A stretch of DNA of 63,807 nt, the filler included, from Octopus bimaculoides (lineage: Eukaryota): assembly GCF_001194135.2 (NCBI RefSeq). It is 9 parts of 8 records of this genome, joined end to end, with 100 filler letters (N's around TTAATTAATTAA, not from the genome) between each part and the next. Parts side by side here need not be neighbours in the genome. Positions count along the whole stretch, not along the records: positions 19,097 to 49,762 come from NC_069001.1; positions 49,863 to 51,483 come from NC_068983.1; 7 more parts are not named here. One strand, written 5' to 3'. The notes under the pieces are model-generated. The model searched no databases, was not told where the DNA came from, and saw only the letters and a list, made by a program, of their open reading frames with translations. Shown here one piece after another: positions 38,226 through 50,578 of the stretch; the first letter of the stretch is position 1, and each line of letters begins with the position of its first letter. Both the position numbers and the translations under genes were made by a program.

Positions 38226-38379
38226 AACAACAAATAAGATGAGGACAAATATCCGTTAAATGTAAATAATGTACATAATTCCTCATCTCTTAAATATAGA
38301 ACTACTGTTATTGTATTCTACATATAGACTAAATCTGACAAATCTCTTCTAGAAACTATACACAAGAGACACAACGTAT

Positions 38380-38990
38380 GGACAAACTACACAGAAAGAA
38401 CTGCATGAGATGAAAAATTGTTGGTGGGTAAAAATAGTCGAAGAATTGGAACAGGCTGCTAATTCTCACAACTTGAGAATACTGTATGACAATCTGAAGG
38501 GTGTATTTGGTCCAAGAAAAGGTGACACAGAACTTATTCTCTGTTATGACAGAACAAAACTCTTAAGCAGCAAAGATGAAGTTTTGAAAAGATGATCTTG
38601 GACACTAAATCTGTGTTAAATCAAAAATCCACTACTGATCCTGAAGTAACTAATGAAATCCCCCAGTGGCCTCAAATTGAAGAACTAGTGGAAGATCCTT
38701 CCTTGGAAGAGATAAGTACATAATAAGTACTGATTTAAGTACATGATATTTGTCCTCCAACAAGTTCAAGAAAAGGCACATGAACAAAATACTGACTTGT
38801 ACAAAGTTGTTGTTGAGTTGACCAAGGGCTTTGATACATTGAATTGTGAATTGCGAAAACTGTTTTTGAAAAAGGAAAAATTCTTGATATGAAATGGTTT
38901 GCTGAAAGATTGAATGTTTGGAAATATTTTGTTCATTAAATAGGAACCAACCTTCTTTAATGAATTACTAAAGTCCATAAGAGGAAAAAG
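38380..38990 (+). mobile_element. RTE-type LINE internal fragment (EN-RT linker to RT start)
   Basis: MKNCWWVKIVEELEQAA..LKGVFGPR; QEQNTDLY..ELTKGFDTLN. Confidence 0.7.
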
Positions 38991-39205
38991 TGTCTTAAAT
39001 CAGTCTTGCTATGAACATAACAGACTATCTTATCATATACAAACATGAGTTAGAGATACCCTGGCAGATATTTTAAGTGAGAAAAAGGGAGATGGGGTGT
39101 ATGGCATTATATGTGTCATATTTAATAGAGTGAACATTGTATGTGTCATATTTAATAGAGTGAAGCCCAAATAGTACCTGATACATTTACCTACAATGTG
39201 CTTCA

Positions 39206-40150
39206 ATGATATTTAGAGGTGGAGAGGAATACCAAGGTTTCTGTCTGGGACATTGGTGATGATGTTGCCCACTGGTTAGTAGTTACTTTCATGCCCAATA
39301 TAGGCAGATGGTTAATTTTGATGCAATATGGCATCACCAGAGATGGTGATTCCAGGAATTCCAAACCAGATGCTAGAAGACAAGTCTCATCCTGGAAGAT
39401 CTGTAGAGCTTGACGAGGATATCCTGCAAATCCTGGTGGAACAAAACCCCATTGTAACTGTTGAGGAACTAGCAGAGAAGCTTGGATTTGGTCATTCAAC
39501 AATTCATTGACATGTATGCCATCAGAAAAGTCAGCAAATTGGGTCAATGGGTTCCTTATAAACTTTCCAAGCCTAATCGCATGCAGAGAGTGAATGTGTG
39601 CTCTTCTTTGCTGTCACATCTCATGCATGAACCATTTTGGGACCGAATAGTGAATGGTGGCGAGAAATGGGTTCTCTATAAAAATGTCAAACACCAAAGA
39701 CAGTGGGTAGGGAAAGGAGAAACACTAGCACCCCAGGCTAAAGAAGGTCTTCACCCACGTAAGTTGTTATTTGTTTGGTGGGATATGAATGGTTTAGTCC
39801 ACTTTGAACTTTTAAACCCAAACCAAACGATAACAAAGATCTACTGTGAGCAGCTTGAGTGGCTTAAGTCAGCACTAGAAGAAAAATGACCATGTTTGGT
39901 TTCAAGACGAAAGGTGTTCTTTCATCAAGATAATGCTCGGCCACATACAGCGAGGATGACATTCCAAAGACTGGAGCAATTCCAATGGGAAACGATGACC
40001 CACCCATCGTATTCGCTGGACATTGCTCCATCTGATTATTATTTATTCTGCAGTCTTCAAAATCATTTGGACAGCAAAAATATGAATTCTGTGGATGAGG
40101 TCAGAACAGTACTGGAGGAGTATTCTTTGTCACAGACAACTGAGAAATGA
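39206..40150 (+). mobile_element. mariner (DD34D-type) transposase pseudogene
   Basis: GQWVPYKL, DRIVNGGEKWVLY, FHQDNARPHT, HPSYSLDIAPSDYYLF. Stops and frameshifts present. Confidence 0.92.
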
Positions 40151-40868
40151 GCCTCACAAAGTGGAGTGACTACTGCAGCAAGTGTTGTAAGCCATTTTAT
40201 GTGAGAATATAATTGCAGTCATGACTACAGGCCATGGCACGGGGGTGTATAGCCCATTGGTGCCTCCTCTCCACCTTCTGCTGCTAAATCTCCCTTTTTT
40301 CTCGTTTTCTTCCTTTTTCTGTTTCTTTGGGGGGGGGGGGGTTGTATTTAAATGTTGTTAATAAAGTTTGGTTAATCTGTACATTGGAAACGTGAAACAG
40401 AGTAACTGGAAGTGAAAATATCCAGCATCATTATATATGCATGTGTGATGTAAGTATGTTCATGCTCATGCACATATATATATATATATATATAGGTGTT
40501 TGTGTTTGCTCATATATGTTTATAAATGTGAATCCGTCTCTGTATTTGTCTGTTTGTTATATGCAGCTGTAGTGAGAAAGCAGGAATTCACTGGACAGAT
40601 ACAGGACAGCATTGGATTTATTCCTTTGATCTTTCAAAATAAAATAATTGAATTTACTAGTCTCCATGAATTTGATGTAATACATTCCTCATTGCACACA
40701 CGCGCGCACGCACACACATACACACTCACACACAAACACAAACTCAGGTACACTGATACATGCACACATAGATGTACACATTCTATACATTCATAAATAC
40801 ATGTATATACACATGCATGTATGCTCTTATGTGCAAGAATAATTAAGAAATAATTCAACTCCTGGAAT

Positions 40869-40940
<72 letters not shown>

Positions 40941-41234
40941 AGTATGTATATATTTACACTCCTATTAATACATATACCCACACACATACATACAAACATA
41001 CATATATATATATATTTATTTTCTTACAAGAATATTGTTGACAGTGACTTCGAAGTTTTGGCCAGCTAAGCCATCATTAGGTGGTCAAAACTTCAAAGTC
41101 ACTATCAACAACATTCTTGTTTAAGAATAATAAATTTGTAATCTACAAAAGTATAGAATAATCCATTAGATTAATGCAAAATTGTTTTTATTATAACTGA
41201 ACACAAATACAAACATTGTATGTATGTATCTACG

Positions 41235-42062
41235 TACAAGCTGTTATCAAAAGGTTCCTGGGCTAGTTATGTTTAATAAAAGATAACTTATTTACCTAAG
41301 TTTTAACATTATCACAGCAGTACATTAGTCCCAGTGTTCCTGCCACTTTTAGAATTTGGCCTGGAAGTCGAATTCTGCGAACAAGTCGAGGACCTTCTGT
41401 GATTCATTCTGGATGGCGACCTTTCAGTTGCCTTTTCATCTTGGGGAGGAAGTCTGCAGGGGCTAAATCTGGCAAACAGGGTTGGTGCAGAACAATACTA
41501 TGTTGTTTTTAGTGAGAAACTCATGAGTGAGGAGAGCTCAGTGAAGAACTCAATTCTTTGTGCTCCACAGATCCAGTCACTTTCGCCAAATGTTGTCCCT
41601 CAAATGTTTCAAAACATTGCAGTAGAACTCTCAATTGATTGTCTGGCCCTGGCAAACAAATTCTTGGAACACAAATACCACATTTCCAGGAGCGATGCTC
41701 ATAGTAGATCTTCCAGATTGCTGATCGTCTTCCAGGGACGTTCTTCTGCTTTTGAAGTGTCTGTGCCACTCAAAGCATTGCATACAATCCTTTACCTCAT
41801 CCCTGTAAGCTTGCTGAAGCATGCTCAATGTCGCTATCGCAGACATCCTAAGTTTAGTGCAAAATTTCATGTTGGCTCTTTGTTCCTGTCCATGACAAAA
41901 TCGCAGACTACAGTATACAAGTGATCAGAAAAACACAAAGTAAGCACAATGATGTCACTCGGCACACTGCTTCATGAAGATCACTGCCAGCTCTCACTAC
42001 ACAACCAACCATATATACTGCCATCTATTGGTGTACTACAGAATTAGTCTGGGAATCTTTGT
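41235..42062 (-). mobile_element. mariner-like element, internally deleted
   Basis: MKFCTKL..TLSMLQQAY..EWHRHFKSRRTSLEDDQQSGR; PDLAPADFF. Degenerate TIRs. Confidence 0.8.
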
Positions 42063-42077
42063 ATATCTATATACATG

Positions 42078-42786
42078 TACACTGCATTTTAAATTATTAA
42101 CTGTCGTTAACATTTTAAAATTTCATTTAAAAAATACTAGTTGGAATTCAATGAAATTTTCACAGAATGATGGCAACAGTTATATGCGTGTGATGTGTAA
42201 GGTTCTGTAAAGCAACACAGTAACTGTGGCCATTTACCAAATTTACATACACTTTCAATGTTTCAAATTATTAGCGAGGTGTAATTAAAACTGAAACTGA
42301 TGTAAGCAAGAAACTACAATTTGTTTGACGCACATACTGAAATGAGCACATACGGTCATAAACATGGAAGAAATAGAAATAAACAAATAAACAGCATTCA
42401 AAAATGATAGGTGAGCTGGTTAATGAGGGATATATGAGCCTTTGTTTGAAATAAGTTGGAAAAGGCAATGGTCCATGGAACATGCTAATTTCTGGATCTC
42501 TTCTGATGGTATACCATGAAATACATCCACTACTGCCTGCCACAGTTCATCCTTGCTCCTAAATTGGCATCTATTCTCATAAACTCATCCCTTTAGAATA
42601 CTCCACAAGTTTTCTATTGGGTTAAGTTGGGGGAACAGGCAGGCCACTTCATTTTCAGAGGTCCACAGAAGCCTAATTGTTGCAGATATTCTGTGGTTTT
42701 CTTCACTGAGTGTGAGGGCACATGATCTTGCAAGAATATTATGGTTGTCTTGAAGGTGATCCTTTGCTTTTTTAACCAATATATGA
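42078..42786 (-). mobile_element. Tc1-like transposase 3' fragment, interrupted by the Merlin element (upstream piece 44564-44610)
   Basis: WLKKQRITFKTTIIFLQDHVPSH, WPACSPNLNPIENLWSILK. The upstream piece reads MTAGAYIAFLREHL. Confidence 0.75.
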
Positions 42787-44563
42787 GGTGCAGATTTTTT
42801 CCATTGGCTGCCAGTGTCAATTTCTGTTTGAATTAATTTCATATTCAGTGTAAATATACAGTTTTATAGGCCACGAAAATCATTTTTGCTGTAAATCAAT
42901 AAAGAAAGAGTTATTAGCTATTAAATTTTGAAAATTCGGGGTAATTTTGGCCAATCGTAAGCCACAGATACCTTCATGCCTGTTTCCATGTTAACAAGCA
43001 GAACATAAGAACTTTTTGGCTGTGAGAAAGCATGTGTTGACAAATATATTGAAACTGAAACCACATGTTGACACTGTGTTCTACTGTTCTACCTGGAAAT
43101 TTTCTCGATCTATTTGATTATGGCAGCAAGTGCCGGTAACCTTGCATTTATGATGGAGATACTGAAGACAGAAGAGGATGCTGTGTTGTACCTACAAGAA
43201 AAGGGTGTTATATCCAAAACAAAATTATGTACTAGGAAGAAGCATGTTATGAGTACAAAAAGACATGGTGGGAATGTGTACTGGCAATTCTCACTCTCAA
43301 AATGCATGGAGTCGGTGTCAGTGAAGAAAGATACATGGTTTAAAGGTGAAACTCGTCCTTTCATGACTGTAGTGCTTTTGCCTTTTCTCATGGGTTAAGA
43401 AATGGACTTCAGTCTGGTTTTGTGTTGAAGAACTGGGGATGAACCATTGCACACCTGTTGATTATAATAGCTATGTTAGGGAAGTATGTGCGGAGGACTT
43501 GCTCCATCATTCAATTCAAGTTGGTAGTCCTGGGAAGATTGTTGAGATCGACGAAACAGTCTTCTCAAGATGTAAGTACAACCAAGGAAGGGCCCTACCT
43601 CAGCAGTGGGTTTTCAGAGGCGTGTGTTGCAAGACCAGACAGAATTTCCTGTATGTGGTGCCATGCCAGAATTGTGACACACTGGAAGAATGCATATATC
43701 ACTTGATTCTTCCAGGAATGACAATTTTCAGTGATATGTGGAGGACATACTCTCACATTCCTGAAATTGATGGTTACAATTTTGAGCATAGAACAGTGAA
43801 CCACAACGTTGGGTTTGTAAAGTCAAGAGATAGTACCCATACTCAACACATGGGCTTCTGTAAAGCAAGGTTACAGACGATGCTGTGGCGCAGGAGATAT
43901 GAAAATTGTGATTTGTTTGAGAAATTGATTGAATACATTTCTAACTTTCGTTTTCAATTTTTTAAATATTTAATTTATTATTCGCTATTTTGTTTTTTGA
44001 TAAATCTTTTAAGTTTGCTTAAATGTTTGTTTTTAAGCATATTTAATTTGTAATGTGTTGCTTCTTATTGCATGTGATGTGTTGTTTATTGTATTTAATA
44101 CATATTGAATGCTTAAAACTACAAAAGACATGTTGTTTACTCTTTCTTTTTTATCATTGAGGTGGTTGTGAGGTGTGCTAAAAATAACAGCTAAATAACG
44201 TTTTTGGATAAATCTTTCAAGTTCATACTATCGCATTAAATGCATATTGAATGCTTATAACTACAAAAGACATGTTGTTTACTCGTTTTCTGAGTGTAGA
44301 ATACAAATATTGACAACACGTGCTATTTTCAGGATGTTGATGACAAAATGTGCAGTCATGCACAAAATGACAGCTTTGAAATCATGTTTCTTGACTGGGT
44401 GAAAATGATCAAACTTTAAACTGCTATAACTTTTTAAAAACATTTTTCTGGAAAAAGTTAAATAACTCCATACAGTTTGGAAAACTATATTAATGTGCCA
44501 AATTTTTAAATTTTCAATAAACTTCAATTTTTGAAATGCTGGCAGCCAAACAGAAAAGATCCC
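42787..44563 (+). mobile_element. Merlin-superfamily (IS1595/ISXO2-like DDE) transposon, decayed
   Basis: GKIVEIDETVFSRCKYNQGR..QWVF, IFSDMWRTY, EHRTVNH...HTQ. Imperfect TIR core TTGGCTGCCAG (42804-14) / CTGGCAGCCAA (44539-49). Confidence 0.85.
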
Positions 44564-44879
44564 AAGGTGCTCTCTCAGAAAGGCTATGTAAGCACCTGCA
44601 GTCATTATTATAGATTATTGTAATTTTAGTTCTATTGCTATACCTCTAATAAACTGATCTGCCAAATTTTATTACAGATTGAAGGAAATGGTTGTAACAG
44701 CATTTTAAACATACTCTACTAAACACTACTTGTCACAGCTGACTAGTTTGCCAAATGCAGTCAGGACGTGAAGACAATTAGGAAGTACACTATGCAATAA
44801 AGTTTTGTGTTAAATTGGTCAAAACCACTACAGAAACTTATGAAATGCTCCAGGTGGTCTGTGGATTAAGATGTGTGAG

Positions 44880-45310
44880 TCAATCATCTATTTTTCACTG
44901 GCATAAGAAGCCAGACAAAACAAGTCCATCAAGAAGTTCATGATGATTCCTTTTTGTGACAGTAAGGGCATCATCCACTAGGTTCTCTCTGGCCAGATGA
45001 TCAACAAAGGATACTTCATGGAGATTTTGAGGGATCCAAGAAGAGATTTTGTTGTTTACAACAAAATCAGAGCACCTGTACCAAGACAATGCATCAGTTG
45101 ACAATTTCATCCCAGTAACCAACAACTTGACAGAGATGGGCATCAAAACAGTCCCTCACCCTCCCTGCAGTCCAGATATTACCTTCTGTGACTTTTGGAC
45201 ACCTTCATTTGAGAGGACTTCCAAGGGGCCTACATGAAGTGGCTGGAGCACTACAATAACTGTATTGAAGTCAGAGGAACTTACTTAGAAGGTGATTAGA
45301 GTTTTTTACT
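44880..45310 (+). mobile_element. mariner transposase C-terminal fragment
   Basis: DSKGIIH, LYQDNAS, VPHPPCSPDITFCDFW. Confidence 0.8.
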
Positions 45311-45929
45311 TGTTTGAACACACGAACACACACACACACATAGAGTTGTAATAATGAAGCACAACCGAATAGCGATATTTTAAAATTATTTAATATGTAT
45401 GTTTCAGGTTTGTGTAATATATAATAGGAAATGCATCCATTAGTTAAAACATTTGAAAGATATGAAGCAATTGATGGAAAAACTTCTGTATATATATGCA
45501 GTTATTGCAGCAAGTTTGCTACTAAGATAGGGGATAAAGAGAAAACCAGGAGAGGGGGAGGGAAGAGAGAAAGAAAGTGGGAAAAGGAAGAGAAGGATAT
45601 GTAAAGTGAGATGGTGGGAGGGAAAGAAAAGATGTAGGAGTGACTAGTATTGAAAGAAAATGGGATAGTTTTGTTTATTTGCATCGAAAGTCTAAGTAAA
45701 TTTGATGAAGAGTAGTAGATTGAGAAGGTAAAAGATTGAGAGAGAGGATGGAAATGAAATGAACCAGGTGTCAGGATGTGGTTAAGAGTTTTAGCAGTGA
45801 ATGGAATTAGTAGTACATGGCCAGGAATATGCGATGTCAGAGTGCTTTGGACCAAGTAACTAAAGTAATAATAATAATATTGATGATGATGATGATGATG
45901 ATGATAACACTACACACACACATATGCAC

Positions 45930-45966
45930 ACACATGTATACATATACACATACATATATGCATGCA

Positions 45967-46000
<34 letters not shown>

Positions 46001-46202
46001 CATACAAGCATACATACATACATACATACATACATATACACATGCATACATGCATACATACATGCATACATACATACATACATACATACATACATACATA
46101 AATACATATATACATACAAGCATACATACATACATACATATACACATGCATACATGCATACATGCATGCATACATACATACACACACACATACACACATA
46201 CA

Positions 46203-46235
<33 letters not shown>
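45930..46235. repeat. Long (CATA)n-type microsatellite with higher-order repeat
   Basis: Direct inspection. Many other (AT)n, (CA)n, (GA)n, (CATA)n and (TATC)n tracts occur, e.g. 5416-5500, 50262-50390, 51440-51483. Confidence 0.95.
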
Positions 46236-46236
<1 letters not shown>

Positions 46237-46569
46237 AATCCTGGCAGATATCAATAAATCACTCAGTATTAAAAGAATTTGGTTACAGATATTCAACAAT
46301 TAGATTCCAGTAAATGTAAGTAGAATACAGATCCCAGGTAAATCCTCATGCATGACAGGTAAATCCAAATATCCTTTGGCAGAATTTCAAGAAATTCAGA
46401 GTATTTGACAACAAAAAATACATGTAGAGAAAATTACATCTTTATTATATGTCTCACCTTATTAAATCAACAATTGTTTCTATTGCATAAACATACAAAT
46501 ACACACATGCACACAAATAAAATATCATTAAAATTTTCTATTAATATTTTCAAAAATATGCATTAAAGT

Positions 46570-47965
46570 CTTAGTAAGTAGTAAGTCAAAAATGTCAAAT
46601 CACAAATCTCTTCAGGTAGATGGCCCTGCTCAATCTGTAGAAAAGGCGTAGATAGAAACTCCATAAGATGTACCCAGTCTGAGCTATGGACACATAAGAG
46701 GTGCAGCATTATCAAAGGAAGGTTAACATGGAAGATAGTTTTTGTGTGTGGAAGGTGCACAGGTACAATAAACACCAAAAATGTACAGAAAATAGATTCC
46801 ATCAAATGCCAGGGTGAAAAACTAGAAATAGTCGATAGCTTCCATTACCTAGGTGGCTGAGTCAGTAGTGGGGGTGGATGCTCTGAGAGTGTAGCTGCTA
46901 GAATAAGAATAAGCTGGGTAAAATTCAGAGAGCTCCTATCTCTGCTGGTAACAAACTCACTTAAAATGTATGATGCCTGTGTGTGAACAACCATGCTACA
47001 TGACAGTGAAACATGGGCTGTGACTGTTGAGAACATGTGTAGGCTTGTAAGAAATGAAGCTAGTATGTATATGTGATGCATATGGACGAGGATAGCTATG
47101 TGAAGAAGTGTCACACTCTAATGGCAGAGGGAACCTGTGGAAGAGGAAGACATGGGACAAGGTGGTGAAACACGATCTTCAAATGTTGGACTTCACAGAG
47201 GCAATGACAAGTGACTGAGACCTCAGGAGATATGCTGTGCTTGAGAAGACCCATCAAGCCAAGTGAGATCGTAGTCATGGCTGATGCAAGTGTCACACAA
47301 CTGACCATTAAAAGCACCCTTCAGTTGTTGAGTGATATGCTGTGCTTGTGAAGACCTGTCAAACTGAGTGAAATCATAGTCATGGTAGATACCAGTCTGA
47401 CTTTTATATGCCAGTGACATATAAAAGTCACTGTTCGAGCATTGGGCCTCACAGAGGCAGTGACATCAACCAAGTGAGATTGTAGTTGTGGCCAATGCCA
47501 GTGTCTCGTAACTGGCCTATTGAAAGCACCCATCAATCATTGCTGTGCTTGTGAAAACCTGTTGGACTGAGTGAAATCATAGTCGTGGCCAATGTCAGTG
47601 CTGTCTGACTGGTACCTGTGCTGGTGGCACATAAAAAGCACTGTTCGAACATTGGGCCTCATGGAGGCAGTGACAGGTGACCAAGACCTTTGGTGATATA
47701 CCATGGTGTGTAGACATGTCAAGCCAAGTGAGACCATAGTCATGGACGATGCTGGTGTCAGGTCATTAGCACCCATGTCGGTGGCATGTAAAAAACACCC
47801 ACTACACTCTTGGAGTGGTTGGTGTTAGGAAGGGTAGCCAGCTGTAGAAACCTTGCCAAATCAGATTGGAACCTGGTGCAGCCCCCTGCTTACCAGTTTT
47901 CAGTCAAACCATCCAACCCATGGCAGCATGGAAAGCAGATGTTAAATGCTGCTGCTGCTGATGAC
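46570..47965 (+). mobile_element. RTE-clade LINE 3' part with internally duplicated 3' UTR
   Basis: RAGKWPCSICRKGV, MLHDSETWA, GRGRHG/TWDKVVK. Repeated 3' UTR blocks, then the shared RTE tail. Confidence 0.85.
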
Positions 47966-48479
47966 GATGTTAACACAACATTATCAAGGCAATCCAGAGT
48001 TAGTGAAATTCAAATTGGACATCTGAAATATTACCAGTAGATAAACACTAACAAAATGAATGCTTAAAGCGAATTCAACCTATGACATTGCTGCATTCAA
48101 TTAATGGCTAGGTCATTAGATAACAAAAAAAAATTATAAAATTATCAAAATAAACATATTTAAGAAAGGTCATTTTTGTTTTCAACTATTGGTAATGTCA
48201 GTGGACAACAAAACAATAAAAAAAAACAAGCATAGGAATTCTACATTATAACAATTAGAAATATAGAGAAATATAATCTAAAAAAGACTATTTTTGTATT
48301 TAACTATTGGTGATATCACTATAAAAAATAAAGATAAGAATTCTACATTATGAATATTAGAAAATTACATCACAGCAATTAGTTATCTATTTATTAGATA
48401 TATCAAACCTTTTAGAAGAATTAATCTTATATAATATATGAAAATTTATTATAATTTAGAATTGAAATATTTGAGTGTC

Positions 48480-49335
48480 TTTTGAAATTTATGGCAACAT
48501 CTTATAGTAAAGTTTAAAATTCAATAAAATTAATTTAGAAGTAATTGTATAATACATTTTCAGGGCAAAGATCACATGTAGAATTGCCAATATCGTATGA
48601 TGATGCATAACTAATAATGGACCACTTTAAATCATACTTAATGTTCTTATCTTTTAGGTCGCAAATGCATTTACTAAGATTTGTTGAATTAATTTTCCTT
48701 CTATTTTAAGAATGACTGAGAATGATTATGAAATCTAGATCTCCAAATTGTAGCAGATGAGCCAATGTAATAATACTTACAATCTCCTGTTATTACCTTA
48801 CTACACTGATATCTTATATTTTCCCTTAAACACTGATTTTTTTTAAAGGGGATACAATTTTGTTTTGACAGTTACTCTGGCATATATTCACTTATATTTG
48901 GTATTCATAGTTAAAAGATTTTCTACTAGTTCTCTGCAAGTCAGGCGTTAAGGTGGGATTATTATTACAATTAATATTAAAGCTAGGTGATAACCTAACT
49001 GTATTATTAAAGTCATAATTACTTATAAAATCAAAACCTAGTTCAGAAAGAGTATCATTAGAATTAATTTTCATAATACACATTATCTGTTCTACTCTTG
49101 TTTATAGATTTAGAATTGAGATATTCCCTAATTCTCTGATTATTGTTTGCTACTATAATCTCAGCTAAATTTCTAGAGGTTGAATATGAAAACTTTACAC
49201 TATGGCAATTAAATAATTTCCCATATTTACCTGAAGGTGGGAAATACCTATCTAGTGCAGCAAAGAATTTTCAAGGGATATTGGTAGCTATTGAATATGA
49301 CAATGGAGCATAATACCAAATAATTGTTGGCCTAT
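48480..49335 (-). mobile_element. Penelope-like element 3' part (GIY-YIG endonuclease), decayed
   Basis: Translated by eye: IWYYAPLSYSIATNI...LDRYFPP...KLFNCHSVKFSYST, then YYYIGSSATIWRSRFHNHSQSF, STNLSKCICDLKDKNIKYDLKWSII, STCDLC. Confidence 0.82.
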
Positions 49336-49419
49336 GTTTTTATTATTTATATATATGTTTTTTATTAATATTACCTTTATTAATTTTTATTCCTAAATTT
49401 ATCATTATTATTATTATTA

Positions 49420-49449
<30 letters not shown>

Positions 49450-49451
<2 letters not shown>

Positions 49452-49762
49452 GTTCAGTAGTTTTATTTTTATAACGTGCTTTCACTTCACTACTGAGCGC
49501 AGCTCTGTGTGCCTTGGGTATGTGCTGTGGTTTGCTGTGATGCTCTTATGGTTACTGTATTGAAAGTGTTTTGCGTAGGATGTGTGCTGTGCCCAGTAGT
49601 GCAATTTTCTGTATGTTATATATATTTGTAAGTCCTGCTGTTTTTGTTATGTATTTGTCTGAATATTTTTTTTATTATACCTAAAGCACCTACTATGATA
49701 GGAATTGTTTCTGTTTTTAGATTCCACATTCGAGTTACCTCTATTTTCAGGTCTTTGTATTT
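49450..49762 (-). mobile_element. R4/Dong-like RLE LINE 3' end at (TAA)n
   Basis: EIEVTRMWNLKTETIPIIVGALG..IQKIALLGTAHILRKTL*. The 3' end runs into a long (TTA)n. Confidence 0.85.
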
Positions 49763-50259
49763 NNNNNNNNNNNNNNNNNNNNNNNNNNNNNNNNNNNNNN
49801 NNNNNNTTAATTAATTAANNNNNNNNNNNNNNNNNNNNNNNNNNNNNNNNNNNNNNNNNNNNTATATGTATATGTATATGTATATATATATATACATACA
49901 TGCATATATGTATATATATACATGCATGCATATATGGGTACAGGACGTCACCAACGGTGCAAATATCATGAAATACGTAAACAACGAGAAAAAACAAAGG
50001 GAAAACAGGACAAGTAAACACAAAGAAAGGATCCTTCATCAGTTGTCGACAGTCTATCGACTCCTCATTTCGAACATTCAACGACAATATGCGTGTATGT
50101 TTGTGTGTAATCGTTTGATTATGTGAATGGTTAGTCGAAATAGGTATTGAACAACGTCCGACACCAAAAGGATGAAAAGCAAAGTCGACCTCGGTGGAGT
50201 TTGAACTCAGAACATAACGACGAATTTACCAGATTACTGTGTGTAAATGTGTGTGTGCA

Positions 50260-50311
<52 letters not shown>

Positions 50312-50521
50312 CATCCATCTGTCTGTCTACCTACCTACCTACCTACCTACCTACCTACCTACCTATCTATCTATCCATCTATCTATCTATGTGAGTGTGC
50401 TTGTGCGCACCGAGCGTGTTTGTATACGTACATGCTTGTGTAAATGTGACGAAGAAGGTGGATGGAAAAGATGATACGTTTATACCTTGGCAGTAGAATA
50501 CATCTGTAGCTACGAGAGAAA

Positions 50522-50578
<57 letters not shown>

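Larger units (their letters stand above)
37767..38304. mobile_element. Head-to-head palindrome of a tRNA-headed, HHR-tailed SINE-like element
   Basis: Arms 37763-38011 and 38012-38275 are inverted. Each arm has an A-box TGGCATAGT(A/G)G, an anticodon-like GGCTACTAACC, a B-box GTT(C/T)GATTCC, an (AAT)n linker and an HHR. A right-only tail spans 38276-38304. An 11-bp direct repeat CTGTTATTGTA lies at 37756-37766 and 38305-38315. Confidence 0.85.

Noticed and set aside
45817-46313. His/Thr/Tyr- or Met/Tyr/Val/Cys-rich ORFs
   Set aside because: Translations of (CATA)n microsatellites. The same applies to 13641-14047, 6153-6432 and 50147-50474.
48000-49340. Possible mitochondrial insertion (NUMT) from AT-rich, coding-like composition
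   Set aside because: The minus strand translates to Penelope RT C-terminal and GIY-YIG motifs, and no mitochondrial gene motifs were found.
50478-50500. 18-nt minus-strand micro-exon (DVFYCQ)
   Set aside because: The polypyrimidine tract is just a (GA)n microsatellite and the donor is weak; unsupported without RNA data.
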